Below are positions 25,351-37,018 of a DNA stretch of 64,000 nucleotides, piece by piece (position 1 is the stretch's first letter; every line of letters starts with the position of its first letter). A program made the position numbers and the translations under genes. The notes beneath the pieces are model-generated. The model saw nothing but the letters and a program-made list of their open reading frames with translations. It had not been told where the DNA came from and searched no databases. This stretch comes from Botryllus schlosseri (taxonomy: Eukaryota), in contig CM119371.1 in assembly GCA_051294905.1 (NCBI GenBank), positions 29,886,001 to 29,950,000 of the forward strand, in the 5' to 3' direction.

Positions 25351-28300
25351 GGTGTCCGGACAATACCGAGAAAACCATTACCGAGAATGCCATTACCGAG
25401 AATTGACACCACCGAGAACGGACATTACCGAGAATGGACACCACAGAGAATGGACGCTACCGAGAATGGACACCACAGAGAATGACCATTACCGAGAATT
25501 GACACCACCGAGAATGGACATTACCGAGAATTGACACCACCGAGAATGGACATTACCGAGAATTGACACCACAGAGAATGGACATTACCGAGAATTGACA
25601 CCACAGAGAATGGACATTACCGAGAATTGACACCACAGAGAATGGACATTACCGAGAATTGACACCACAGAGAATGAACATTACCGAGAATTGACACCAC
25701 CGAGAATGGACATTACCGAGAATTGACACCACAGAGAATGGACATTACCGAGAATTGACACAACAGAGAATGGACATTACCGAGAATTGACACAACGGAG
25801 AATGGACATTACCGAGAATTGACACAACAGAGAATGGACATTACCGAGAATGGACACTACCGGGAATGAACATTACCGAGAATTGACACCGCCGAGAATG
25901 GTCATTACCGAGAATTGACACCACAGAGAATGGACATTACCGAGAATATTGACAATACCGGGAATGGACATTACCGAGAATGGACATTACCGAGAATGGG
26001 CGTTACCGAGGATGAACGCCACCGAGAATGGACACTACAGAGAATGGACATTACCGAGAATATTGACACCACAGAGAATGGACATTACCGAGAATGGACA
26101 CCACCGAGAATGGTCATTACCGAGAATATGGACAATAGCGAGAATGGACATTACAGAGAATGGACACCACCGAGAATGGCCATTACCGAGAATGTATATT
26201 TCCGAATATGAAGAATGTCGTGAAATCTAAACCAGAAAATACCTAATATCAGGACGTTGGGATCAATGTTATTTATAGTTGTTACGCGCTGTTGTCCAAG
26301 GGACCGCGCAGTGAGTTGGGGAGTGCGCGCAGCCTCGTGAAAAATTAGAGAGTGATGCACATACGATTTGTGTTTGTTCAATGTGCAATGTGCATAACAT
26401 GCGTGCATTATAGGCATTGTGCACATGAGACAGGACAGAAATGTGGTAATCTAACCCGTTTACTGTAAAATGTCTCGTACTACTTTCTGCCACCGATAAA
26501 GTGATAAGCGTCGCATTGTTTCCTTCTCAACAATTAACAATTAATAATAACAATGTGTTGCTGGAAGGGGAAGGTGCAGAATAGCCTTATAAGGCTTTCT
26601 AAGTCGGGCAAAGTAAACATTATTGAGAGGACATTACTAGTAGCCTAAAGCAAACCGTTTACTGAAAATGACTAAGCTGCATCAACCGAAAATGTAGGCC
26701 ATGATCCGCCTAGATACTTGTTTATCCCCTTTTCGAGATTTGAAAGAATTGATGCCTTCTTGCTTCATACCAATCACAGCAGCTCGATGAGTTCCGCTAG
26801 TATTACAGATATCCGTTCCTTTGAAGAAAACTATTATGTCATAGTTTGCCTTTTCGCTTTCAAGCAGATAAAACGAATTGAGATAGGCCTACGAATCACA
26901 GCAGGTTGATGGGTTATTAGAGGTATCCATGCCAGAGAAGCGACGGAATTCCTTATCGAACCATAGTTTCTTTAGTGGCTCCTAATCATATTATGCTCTT
27001 TTAAGATTAGAATCACAGCAGGTTGTTACAGATTTGTGCGCCAGTGAAGCGAAATTATTCAATGTTATGCCGTAGTTGGAATCATCACCACACCAACGTG
27101 GAGTGTTCGAGACAATCAGCTGATTTAAAACCAACCGTATCGGTAAATCACATGCTTTACGACTAAAAGTCATGACAGGTGTTGGTCAGCTAAGAGAGGT
27201 GGACGACGAAATGGCAGAACAATCAGGACCTAATGTATTAGCAAAATACATTACTTCGACTTGAGGAAATAAGTTAATCGCTGTTGGCGAGTTCGTATTT
27301 AGGAGAATGAAAGTTTCGAATGGTACTTCGCGTACTGGATATGCACGCATTATGACAGAAAAAAATGTCGGTGTTCATTGAAAGTCCTTGAAGGATCATA
27401 GCCACCAATCGTTCTGAAGCAATCTCAAGAACACAATCACTGTGCTACGTTTGGCCTAGTAGAGGCAAAAGAAATGGTTCAAAGGTATGATGTTATTTAA
27501 TTATCGTTTTATGGGAAATGTATTCACGTCTAGCCAGACCAGTGGTTCTCAAACTGCGGTCCGCGAGACAATTTTTCGAGACCGCGAAACACGTTCCAAC
27601 AAATTCACTAATAATTTTGAGTTTCCTGTTTGGTATTCGGCTCGTTCGTGAATCGCGCAATACCGTTTGTGAACCGAATGCATAAAGAGTAGTGATCAAC
27701 CGTTTTCGGGGGTTTGGCTAATTATTTCAGGGATACATATATAGGTAGGCTATATTAACAGATGCAATCTTTTTTACTGTTGCGGATTGGATTGGCCACA
27801 TTGAAATTCTTGCTGATCTGGAATATTTTGTATTGCATCATCAGGTTTGAATCAGTGTAAGATAGTATAGCATTTTTGGTGTGTTGAGATGTCTAAAACT
27901 ATGGGGTAGAATCGAAGACTACTCTAACGATGTTCATATTGTTATTATTGTATCTTCACGACCTTGTTGTTCTATCTTAACCACCTAAATCTTTATAATT
28001 ACCACCCGTCAGACTAGATTATGTCTGCGATGCGTTTATATACCAACAAGACTAATCGATTCGCACAAGTCATCAATAGCGGCGCCGAAATTTGTTTGCG
28101 ATTCGCTTTTGCCGCTTTGTGACCAAGTCATTATTCACATATCAGCCTACTGAATTGAATAAAATAATCCATCTAACTCTATATTTTAATATATAACTTA
28201 ACTGGCATATGTTTATGCGTGTAGAGACGTAAACGCGAACTGGCATTTGTACGTACTAACGTACATAGATTTAACCCGATTAATCTACTACAATTTAAAA

Positions 28301-30957
28301 CATTGCCTGATTGCAAAAAAGCACACCTCTCCCCCTTTTGATTCACCCCTGAAGATTGATGACACTTTTGCGAATTGTCCATGAATAACGTCTTTTCATT
28401 ACCACATTATATCAAACATTGATAGTACGGATCTGCTTCGCGAATATATGAAGTATTTAACTCATTATTGTTTCTGCCTTAAGTATCACGAATGATCAAC
28501 AACGCAGTAATAGGCGGCCGCTGTTCCCACCCAGCATTTGGAATGTGCGACAACGTACCATCGGTGACATGCACCGAACCAACAATTCTGTTGAAGGCTG
28601 GCATCACGGCTTCCGCGTTCTAGTTGGGGGATGTCACGTAACCATTTGGAAACTTTTAGAGTGTATCAAGTGAGTATAAACAATGGAAGATGTATATGTG
28701 TACTTGGTTTCAACTTGAATATACATATATTTTTGAAGGAAGGATGTCATACAAAATCGAGTGCAGCTGTTACAAACTTCCACAGGCCAGGCAACGCCTA
28801 AAAGAAAGAAAAAATACGTCGACATTAGCGACAAATTGAAGCGGCTTTGTGATGCAGCGTGGTCAACCGACATGACTACAGATTTTCTGTCAAGAGTGGC
28901 ATACAATCTAAGTGAATAAATAGATAATAGCGATCACCACATATTTAGCATCCTTTCTGACGAAGAAACGCCAAGTCTGTGTTGGTGATCACCGCTGTAC
29001 CACCTATTTATCCTCTGGATGTTTCATTTTAGCATGCCACAGACAAGTAATAAAATGCAAATAACCTGGAACATGATTGCTTATAATTTTGGAGTTTCTG
29101 GGCTTACAGTAAATTTAGAACTTCTCAGTCTCTTATTTTTGCTAGCCGTAGAAGCTTTAAAACAGTAGGAAAGGAGCGACAAGGAAATATAGCGTGACTA
29201 TATGCAAGATAGCGTAATGGTTGGCTGTCAGTTGTCAGGTTGCTGAGTAAAACGGCAGCCTACTGACAAACTATTCTGCGATTGTAACAGGTAGAATTAT
29301 CATCATCGCGAAATGAAATTCGGGTCCAATTAGTACGGTACAGCGACGCAACATATCATTGAATATAGATATGATATATTGCATTACAAAGGTAAGTGCA
29401 TAATTCGTTGATTGTCCGATTGTTGAGCGAAGCCATTACCTAGGAATCACAATCGTCACGTTCATAATCGAATATATTTCTGCGTAGGAATATTACGCAG
29501 TGTACAGTTTGTCTAGGTTTGCTAACTGCTTTAGATGAAAAATGTACCTCGATCAATTGTATACGCAGCGATCAACGAAGTTTCTTTATCTTGTGTTGTT
29601 AAATCCTGATGAACGCGATAATAGACTTTTTAATCAACCCAGCTTTATTATCTACGCCCTACATTAAATTGTGTTTGCGCCCAAAATCACCACAAGACAC
29701 GTTCTCTTACGATAATTCGTGAGCCAGATTTTCGTGACGGTCACTACTGATTGAATACGCACTTTCTCCATAGTAATCATCTGCTACCAATATTAATTCT
29801 TGTCTACTTGATACACTCTATTCCCGAATTATCGCGTCAGCCTAAACATATGAATTATCGCGTCAGCCTAAACATATATGTTGACCAATGTGTAGAATGT
29901 CTAACCGTCTACTGAAAATGAGTAGGCCCATGCCGCAAATGAAAAATGTAGACCATGATTTGCCAGCATATTTGTTACTCCCTTTGCGAGCTCTGTGAGA
30001 GTTGATGCCTTCTCGATTTCAACCATATTACACTCTTTTGAGATATGCATGACAGCTGGATGCTACAGATTTCCGTATCAGTGAAGCGAAGTAGGCTAAT
30101 TCGTATGTCATGGTTGGTACACGAATCGGAAACGTTGTAGACAATCAGCTGATATTGTAAAACCGCTTTAAAACCAACCCTATTGATCGATGATCAGATC
30201 ACATGCTTTAGGAATTAGGACTATAAGTTCACGTGTACAATTTATGCATGCAGTCATGCAGGCATGTCATGCATATGTAGGTACAGATCGCGTGTATGTG
30301 CATCACGGCGTCGCCACATTCGGTATCAATTCTCAGGTATAATTTTCCCGACAACGTTCGTCTCAGTAAGTTAGATTCTCGACATTGGCAATTCTCGGTA
30401 ATGTCCATTCTCGGTAGTGTCCATTCTCGGTAATGTCCGTTCTCGGTATTGTCCATATTCTCGGTAATGACCATTCTCGGTGGTGTCCATTCTCGGTAAT
30501 GTCCATTCTCGGTGGTGTCAATTCTCGGTAATGTCCATTCTCTGTTGTGTCCATTCTCGGTAATGTCCATTCTCTGTTGTGTCAATTCTCGGTAATGTCC
30601 ATTCTCTGTTGTGTCAATTCTCGGTAATGTCCATTCTCTGTGGTGTCAATTCTCGGTAATGTCCATTCTCGGTGGTGTCAATTCTCGGTAATGTCCATTC
30701 TCTGTGGTGTCAATTCTCGGTAATGACCATTCTCGGTGGTGTCAATTCTCGGTAATGTCCGTTCTCGGTGGTGTCAACTCTCGGTAATGTCCATTCTCTG
30801 TGGTGTCAATTCTCGGTTGTGTCCATTCTCTGTGGTGTCAATTCTCGGTAATGTCCATTCTCTGTGGTGTCCATTCTCTGTAATGTCCATTCTCGGTAAT
30901 AGCGTTCTCGGTAATGTCCGTTCTCGGTAATGGTTTTCTCGGTATTGGTATAGAACC
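25351..30957 (+). mobile_element. Mutator-like (MULE) foldback element B with satellite TIRs
   Basis: 9-bp TSD GTGAAGCAC (25342-25350 and 30958-30966); GG...CC ends; ACCGAGAAT satellite arms ~25360-26200 and ~30391-30947 inverted; FLYWCH-like relic at 27211-27440. Confidence 0.85.
27211..27440 (+). pseudogene. FLYWCH-type zinc-finger remnant in foldback B
   Basis: MAEQSGPNVLAKYITST*GNKLIAVGEFVFRRMK/fs/YWICTHYDRKKCRCSLKV...QEHNH; contains stops and a frameshift. Confidence 0.65.
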
Positions 30958-31175
30958 GTGAAGCACGGTCCACAAATACTCTTGATTAGTCACTGCCGTT
31001 AGATACTGCTAGAGATCAAACTTTTCTGCATGAGTGAGTACGTGTCCATGTAACTGGATCGATAAACCAAGCAAAGCAGCGTCAACTCGTCAAGCAGATT
31101 TGAGTCCGGTTCTCAACTAAATTGTACCAGAAAGTTTTAACAATTTGCTTGCGGATTGTCTTGTCAGTTCACATC

Positions 31176-31469
31176 ATGAGTAAGTCAGTAAAAGTCTCCG
31201 TCGAATACTGTGGTAGCTGAGGATACGAAGGACGCTTCAATGATCTGCAGACAAAAGTTCAGGACGAATTCCCCGACGTGGAAGTCGAGGGGGTCGTCGG
31301 CCGTCCGCAATCATACGAAGTGTCCGTCAACGGAAAGCTCATCTTCTCCAAGCTCGAAACGTACGGATTCCCCAATGATAAAGACATCATTGACGCCGTC
31401 GAAAAAGCGTGCAAAGGCGAAGAAGTAGCTCAAATTACGGACAGTGCCAGCCCGTGCAATATTTTATAG
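31176..31469 (+). CDS. MIEN1: Rdx-family selenoprotein, MIEN1/SELENOW2-like, 97 aa, Sec encoded by TGA 31218-31220
   Basis: MSKSVKVSVEYCGSUGYEGRFNDLQTKVQDEFPDVEVEGVVGRPQSYEVSVNGKLIFSKLETYGFPNDKDIIDAVEKACKGEEVAQITDSASPCNIL: V.YCxxUGY, EV.VNG.LIFSKL...GFP and terminal CaaX (CNIL); SECIS downstream. Confidence 0.95.
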
Positions 31470-32170
31470 TTTTCAATATTTCATGGTATAGTTTTCGCTT
31501 CAACGGTGGGTGTAGTTGGTTAACGGAAACACGGATCACGATATCTTTTTGCTGGAACATCTTGATGTAATGTTTTCAATCTGAATCAATGGTTACGTCA
31601 CAACCATACTAATCAAATGCGTGCTTCAATTTTGTATTTCTCTATATGATTGATCATTGAGTACTTGAGTTTTGTAGGAAAGCGAGATTCTATATTGCAC
31701 CGCACACAGACATGTCCCCTTACAAGTGCGTATATATATATATATATTATTAAGGACATTTTACGAACAGCTGTGCCAAAATATAGGCATACTGGAAAGA
31801 TCTACTTGCTTGTTCATTCAGCCACTTGAGACTTAGGCTATGGTTTCGGAACAAAATCAAAGTTTAGGTTTTACTGTAATGGTAACCTTACTCCAAACAG
31901 ATGAAGAGTGTAAAAATCATGATGTTACATGTTGCAAAATTCACTCTTTGCTATTTCCAATGTTTAATCTTGAAATTTACATGACTAACTACTATCGTTA
32001 TAATTATATAGTGATATCCCACATTACACTGTTTCAGTGAAAGCGTTGACTGCATATATTCACATCAAGACTGGTGTGCATAGTTCATTTACGGTGTTTC
32101 ATTTAGTATCTTGCCATTTTGTGGTTGGTTTGCGTGAAAGTTTCATTTGTGCGTTTATACGTCTCTATCT

Positions 32171-32236
32171 ACAATGCATTTAATGACGGCATGATTGCAA
32201 ACCTTTCCCAATCATGCCCGACGAGACATTCATTGT
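32171..32236 (+). promoter_or_regulatory. SECIS element in the selenoprotein 3' UTR
   Basis: ATGAC core (32183), 10-bp perfect helix GGCATGATTG/CAATCATGCC, unpaired AAA 11 nt after the core, 3' CGAC completing the G.A/A.G quartet, lower helix ACAATG/CATTGT. Confidence 0.9.
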
Positions 32237-32261
32237 TGACTGGTAGACGATTGCTTACAAA

Positions 32262-32277
32262 TGTAATTTTTCAACAG
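32262..32277 (+). promoter_or_regulatory. Candidate (trans-)splice acceptor for MRPL37
   Basis: TAATTTTTCAACAG ending 8 nt before the MRPL37 ATG. Confidence 0.55.
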
Positions 32278-32285
32278 GAATTCAT

Positions 32286-33647
32286 ATGGCTAATCGCGGT
32301 TTTCGAGTAGCCAACGCGCTATGTCCGTTTTACGGAGCGTCAATCTCCATAATCCCAATTCGAACAATGAGATACCATGCGTGGGGCGGTATGAAACGCG
32401 GCAAGAACCGGATACCTCTCGACTGGCGTAAAGTGGACCACAATCCCGCCAAGATACCGTGGGCTTGGATACCGGATAAATGGAAACAAGAACACAACAT
32501 CGATTACGAATACGAGAAAGAGCTTGCAAAGTATATTCCAGGTTACGAGCCAAAGATACCAGACGAGGAACACCCTGATTATCACGAAACAGTCAACTAT
32601 TCATTTCACTCTGATACAAAACTAGTGGAAGGATTTCGGCAAGCTTTGTGCCTCACAAAATCCGTGTTGTATGAAGAAATGCCTCAAAATATTCAACAAC
32701 TTGAAAGCATCGATGAGATTCCCGATCAAGATGAAAAAGTGGTTCCGATCTTTCAAAAGGCCAACCTTTTTGACATCGACCCTGTTAATTTAGACTTTGA
32801 AAACAGCAAAGGCAGACGTTATCAAGATAACTTTTTAGTTTACCCCACCGTGCAGCGTATATGCCCCTCTGTGTTAGAAAATTTGATTAGACTCTGTTAC
32901 CAGCATCCTCTTTCGTCAAGAGTTATATCCACCAGAATTCTCGCTAAGGATGTGGAGTGCTCCACATACATGCAGAGAAAATGTGATGTTGACCCAGAAA
33001 TGACAAGCCTCATCGATAACAACTGGCTTGTATCGTTCAAATCGCAAGGGGGCATGCATCTTCTATCGAAATGTCCTTTAAAGCCGTTCGCGAATGCCAA
33101 AGAAATAGAAAATACAAAGTCGGTCGCTTTGCCGAATATATTCCCAGTGTTGCCGGTCGTAGATTTAATCAAAAAGAATATCTACAAAAACATAACCTCA
33201 ACTGGTCTTTCAAATGGTGCCACACTGTCTAACTTACACACTCTATTTCTGCTAAACCTGTCCGGATTGACCGCTGAAGAATTGTATGGGCAGATGATAT
33301 GTCAGTTATTTACCTGTCTGCATTCACGTGCTGTCGCCAAATATGGTGCAGAGCCCCTGGACCTCCCAGAACCGATATCCGCTCAAGCGATCGGCAGTGA
33401 TGGACAAAATTTTCATTTTGCATGCATGCAATTGAACACTACCATGATGGACAGTGACCAGGGTGTCAAAAATATGGTGTGGACCAACGCGCCTTACGAG
33501 GACTCGTCACTGGGTCGTAGGTACCTATCCATACCGATGTACGACAAATGCGCGCATAATCATTGGGAAAGTCAGGAGTACTATTCCGGTTATGATCCGT
33601 CTGTTTTTCGAACCTTTTTAGCTATGTGGCTCAACGGAACTGTGTAG
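32286..33647 (+). CDS. MRPL37: Mitochondrial large-subunit ribosomal protein mL37, 453 aa, intronless
   Basis: Longest ORF in window; Arg-rich, acid-free N-terminus; motifs QALCLTKS, LPEPISAQAIGSDGQNFHFACMQLNT, GVKNMVW and FRTFLAMWLNG recognisable as mL37. Confidence 0.92.
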   Translation: MANRGFRVANALCPFYGASISIIPIRTMRYHAWGGMKRGKNRIPLDWRKVDHNPAKIPWAWIPDKWKQEHNIDYEYEKELAKYIPGYEPKIPDEEHPDYHETVNYSFHSDTKLVEGFRQALCLTKSVLYEEMPQNIQQLESIDEIPDQDEKVVPIFQKANLFDIDPVNLDFENSKGRRYQDNFLVYPTVQRICPSVLENLIRLCYQHPLSSRVISTRILAKDVECSTYMQRKCDVDPEMTSLIDNNWLVSFKSQGGMHLLSKCPLKPFANAKEIENTKSVALPNIFPVLPVVDLIKKNIYKNITSTGLSNGATLSNLHTLFLLNLSGLTAEELYGQMICQLFTCLHSRAVAKYGAEPLDLPEPISAQAIGSDGQNFHFACMQLNTTMMDSDQGVKNMVWTNAPYEDSSLGRRYLSIPMYDKCAHNHWESQEYYSGYDPSVFRTFLAMWLNGTV

Positions 33648-33742
33648 TCGTCTGCTCAAACACAGTAAAATAACATTGAATACCAAGTTGCAAGTCTCTT
33701 TTGGCTTTGAATTTAAGAAGTTTCAGTGTATGCCTAGTAGAC

Positions 33743-35103
33743 CAGAGGTTCTTAAACTTGAGATACCAGAATGTTTGCAATCCCAACCAGGGTTGTAATG
33801 ACTCGAGTCGCGATTTTCTTATGACTCGACTCGAGTCAATCTGTGTATTGACTCGGACCAAGTCATATGACTCGAGTTTCAGACAGCCATGTCTGACATT
33901 TCGTTATATATAATTTCGAAGATTAGTAAAGTAACCACACTGTTGGTATTTCGCCTATTGGTACTGGTTCTTGAAAATATGACCAGAAACTGCTAAAGGT
34001 GAGGTGAGGATAATTAGTATATTTTAAATGCAAACCATTGGATATCACCAGACAGAGTTATAAAAAGTGCTTTTAACAAGACCGTGCAGTCAACGCAATG
34101 ACTTGGACTCGAGTGAGAATACCATGACTCGGACTCAGTGGTGAATTGAAAATGACTCGACTTGTGACTTGGTTAGTGGTTAAAACGCATTGTTTGTTGG
34201 CATGGAAGGTGTTATGGCTGCTGAGAGACTCTTCAAGTATGGCATTCGGATTATACACAGAGCAATAATTATGAGCAGGGGTTAAATCGTGTGGAGCATT
34301 GTAAATTTTGTTGAAACATAATCATGCGCAATGGCAACACGTAGCACATGGATATTTTAGTGGTTTGGGTTCCTAATACCTTCTATTACAGTTCGGTAAG
34401 GTTAAACGTACCTGACCATAAGCTAAATCAACAACCAATGGTACAACTACACACATTCACCAGTTACTCTTCATCTGATTAGTGCATGGTTCGGTACCCG
34501 TCGAAATTTAGCATCAGTATGTGGATGGTATCACGCAATTTTGACGCTTGAAATCAAAATATAATTAAGATTATTGCCATTGTTGAAACTTGGGAGTGTC
34601 AGCACAAATTAAAGTTATTCCTAGTTTTCGCGCCAGGGTTTTAATGACTGTAGTGGTGATATTTTGGTAACTCAACTTGACTCAGTTATTTTTTCAAATG
34701 CATTAAATGACTGGCCTCGAGGATTGACTTGAGTCATATGACTCGGGACTAGGCTGGCCGAGACCGACATTTCATTGTAACTTGGAAGAATAATAAACTC
34801 TATCAGGAAAATAGGGCCAGAAACTGTTGAAGGCCGAGGAAATTACTATATTATGATTGCGGGCAATCTATATAACTCAAACAGAGTTGAAAAAATGTAT
34901 CGAATTGAGCTGAACAGTGAACAAAATGACTTGGACTCTACCCTACTAGCAGACTTGGACTCGGTGGTGAATTGAGAATGACTCGAGTCAAAACTATATA
35001 AGTGAGATTATCTTGACTTGGTTACAACCCCGCTTCGTGACTCCCCTCTCCCCTCAGACGCTTTCGTGCCCTCATGGGGTCGGTGCCAGTTTGAGAACCA
35101 CTG
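33743..35103. mobile_element. hAT-type MITE enclosing a GACTCGAGTC-rich element (~33788-35031)
   Basis: Outer TIRs CAGAGGTTCTTAAACT / AGTTTGAGAACCACTG with flanks TAGTAGAC / TACTGGAC; inner ends CAGGGTTGTAATGACTCG / GACTTGGTTACAACCC. Confidence 0.7.
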
Positions 35104-35470
35104 TACTGGACAATGTGTATTCTGAGCAGAGCTGGTCAACGTAGCCATAATTGCAATTGCAACTCAAGTAGAAGTAGATCTAACACCTTAAATTTATACT
35201 CAAGTGCAAGTAGCCATTCACGAGACATGTTGAAACTACTCTGAGTGGAAGTTGGTAAATGTAGGTCTGAAAAGTTCCAGACTTGAGTTGGTCGAGGGGC
35301 GCATGCTTCGACAGCTAATCACAGGCAGGGATAGACGGTGACGAAGTATTTTTACTTTTTCAAGTACTTTCTGTCTTCTCGTACCACTTAAGTACGTTTG
35401 TTTTAATCCAAACAGATTTTTAGCTAAAACTGTTCACTCTTCACACTCTGATTACTCGTTCGCAAATACA

Positions 35471-35930
35471 CAGGGTTGTCACAAGTCAATCTCAATTCAC
35501 CACTGAGTCGAGTCCGAGTCATCAAGCAGAGGGTCGAGTCCGAGTAATGGTATTATGACTCGAGTCCAAGTCATTGTGGTGACTGCTCTGGTTCCAGTTG
35601 AAGTCTCGTTAAACCCGCTTTTTGTAATTCTGTTTTGGTGATATTGAATGGTTCGCATTTATCATAAACTAATTTTCCTCACTTTCAACAGTTTCTGGTG
35701 GCATTTCCAAGTATCAGCACCAATAGACAAACTCCCAATAGTGTGGTTACTTTACTATTCTTCAAAGTTACAATGAAATGTCGGTCTTGGCCTTCCGAGT
35801 CTCGTGTCATATGACTTGGTTCGAGTCATGCGCAATGACTTTAGTCCAAGTCGAGTCATTTCCATATTTTAGGAAAATAACTCGAGCCATCAGAAAATCG
35901 TTGAGTTGCACTTGAGTCAAGTCATTACTG
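35471..35930 (-). mobile_element. Inverted partial copy of the GACTCGAGTC MITE family
   Basis: Starts CAGGGTTGTCAC; reverse complement resembles 38801-39316. Confidence 0.7.
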
Positions 35931-37018
35931 CACATTCAGCTGACACAATCATATCCCACCCAAATCTAATTTACAATATTTGAAGTGTGGAAAGTCATTT
36001 TGCCTTGAAAACTAGAATTCGAAGTTGAAACTGCTCACGCGTACGCAATAACCAGAAAAGGTATTATACCAGGGTTGGTTCCAACATTAGTTCAATCTGA
36101 TACACTGCACGCGTTCACCAGTACTAAGGATGCAAGACAAATTAATAATAAAGACTGACAAGCTCAGAGATGAGATTGTGGTACAGCAGAAGCTCCAGGA
36201 TAAATCAATTCACAGACAGCAAGTCAAAAACTGATATCTGTATTTCAAAGTCGACCATGTATGAATTTCAAAATTTTGGTTCAGATATTACTCATCGAGA
36301 AGATTTATTTTGTATCAAACATAAAATCTTGCGCGCAATTTTCATACAACGTTCGTAAAAATTCTGACCATTGCCTGCCGGATTACCGATTCCAAAATAG
36401 GATATCAAATTTGAAAACAGTGAATCTGCTCATCATTGCAGAGCACGGTGTGCTCCAGTTACCTTGATTGAATTCCAGAAAAAAATTAAACAGATAACCC
36501 TGTAACAGTAATGTCTTTCAAACCCATCATATTAAAAGGTATAGCATAACAATTCAAAGCGTTTCAGACTACTATGGCTACTTCAGAATACGAGCCCTAC
36601 TTTCGTTGCTGCACGCCTACAACGCAATGTGGATTGAAATCAGAGGTGATCAAGTAATCATTGTTGCTACTCAAGCAGAACTAACTCCATAAGCAGCATC
36701 CATCGCTCTCCGAAACGTGAATTTCTCAACACAAAAGACCACGGGAGAGATGAATTCACTGCATCCTCTTGAGATAGTACCCAGGTGTTATGTAATCGAA
36801 ACCCGACCAATTGATCATCAACTTAGTTCGATTAGAACTAGGATACTCATGGTCAAATAATAAACGGCATGGTTCGACTAAAATTCCTAGCGTCTGCTCA
36901 GAATATTATAGTCGTAGTAACTTTTCCCGGCATCCAAAACTGTGCTCTGGCAGGGGCAAGCTTGCATGGGCAGACAAGCAACCGTCGCGCCTAAGATGAA
37001 AACAAATCCACCGTGACG

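Noticed and set aside
31210..31428. 72-aa ORF overlapping the selenoprotein
   Set aside because: Alternative frame with GTG start; the Rdx frame explains the region.
31899..31950. Alternative SECIS candidate ATGAAGAGTG...CACTCTT
   Set aside because: Lacks the 3' GA needed for the quartet and has a poor helix; 32171-32236 fits far better.
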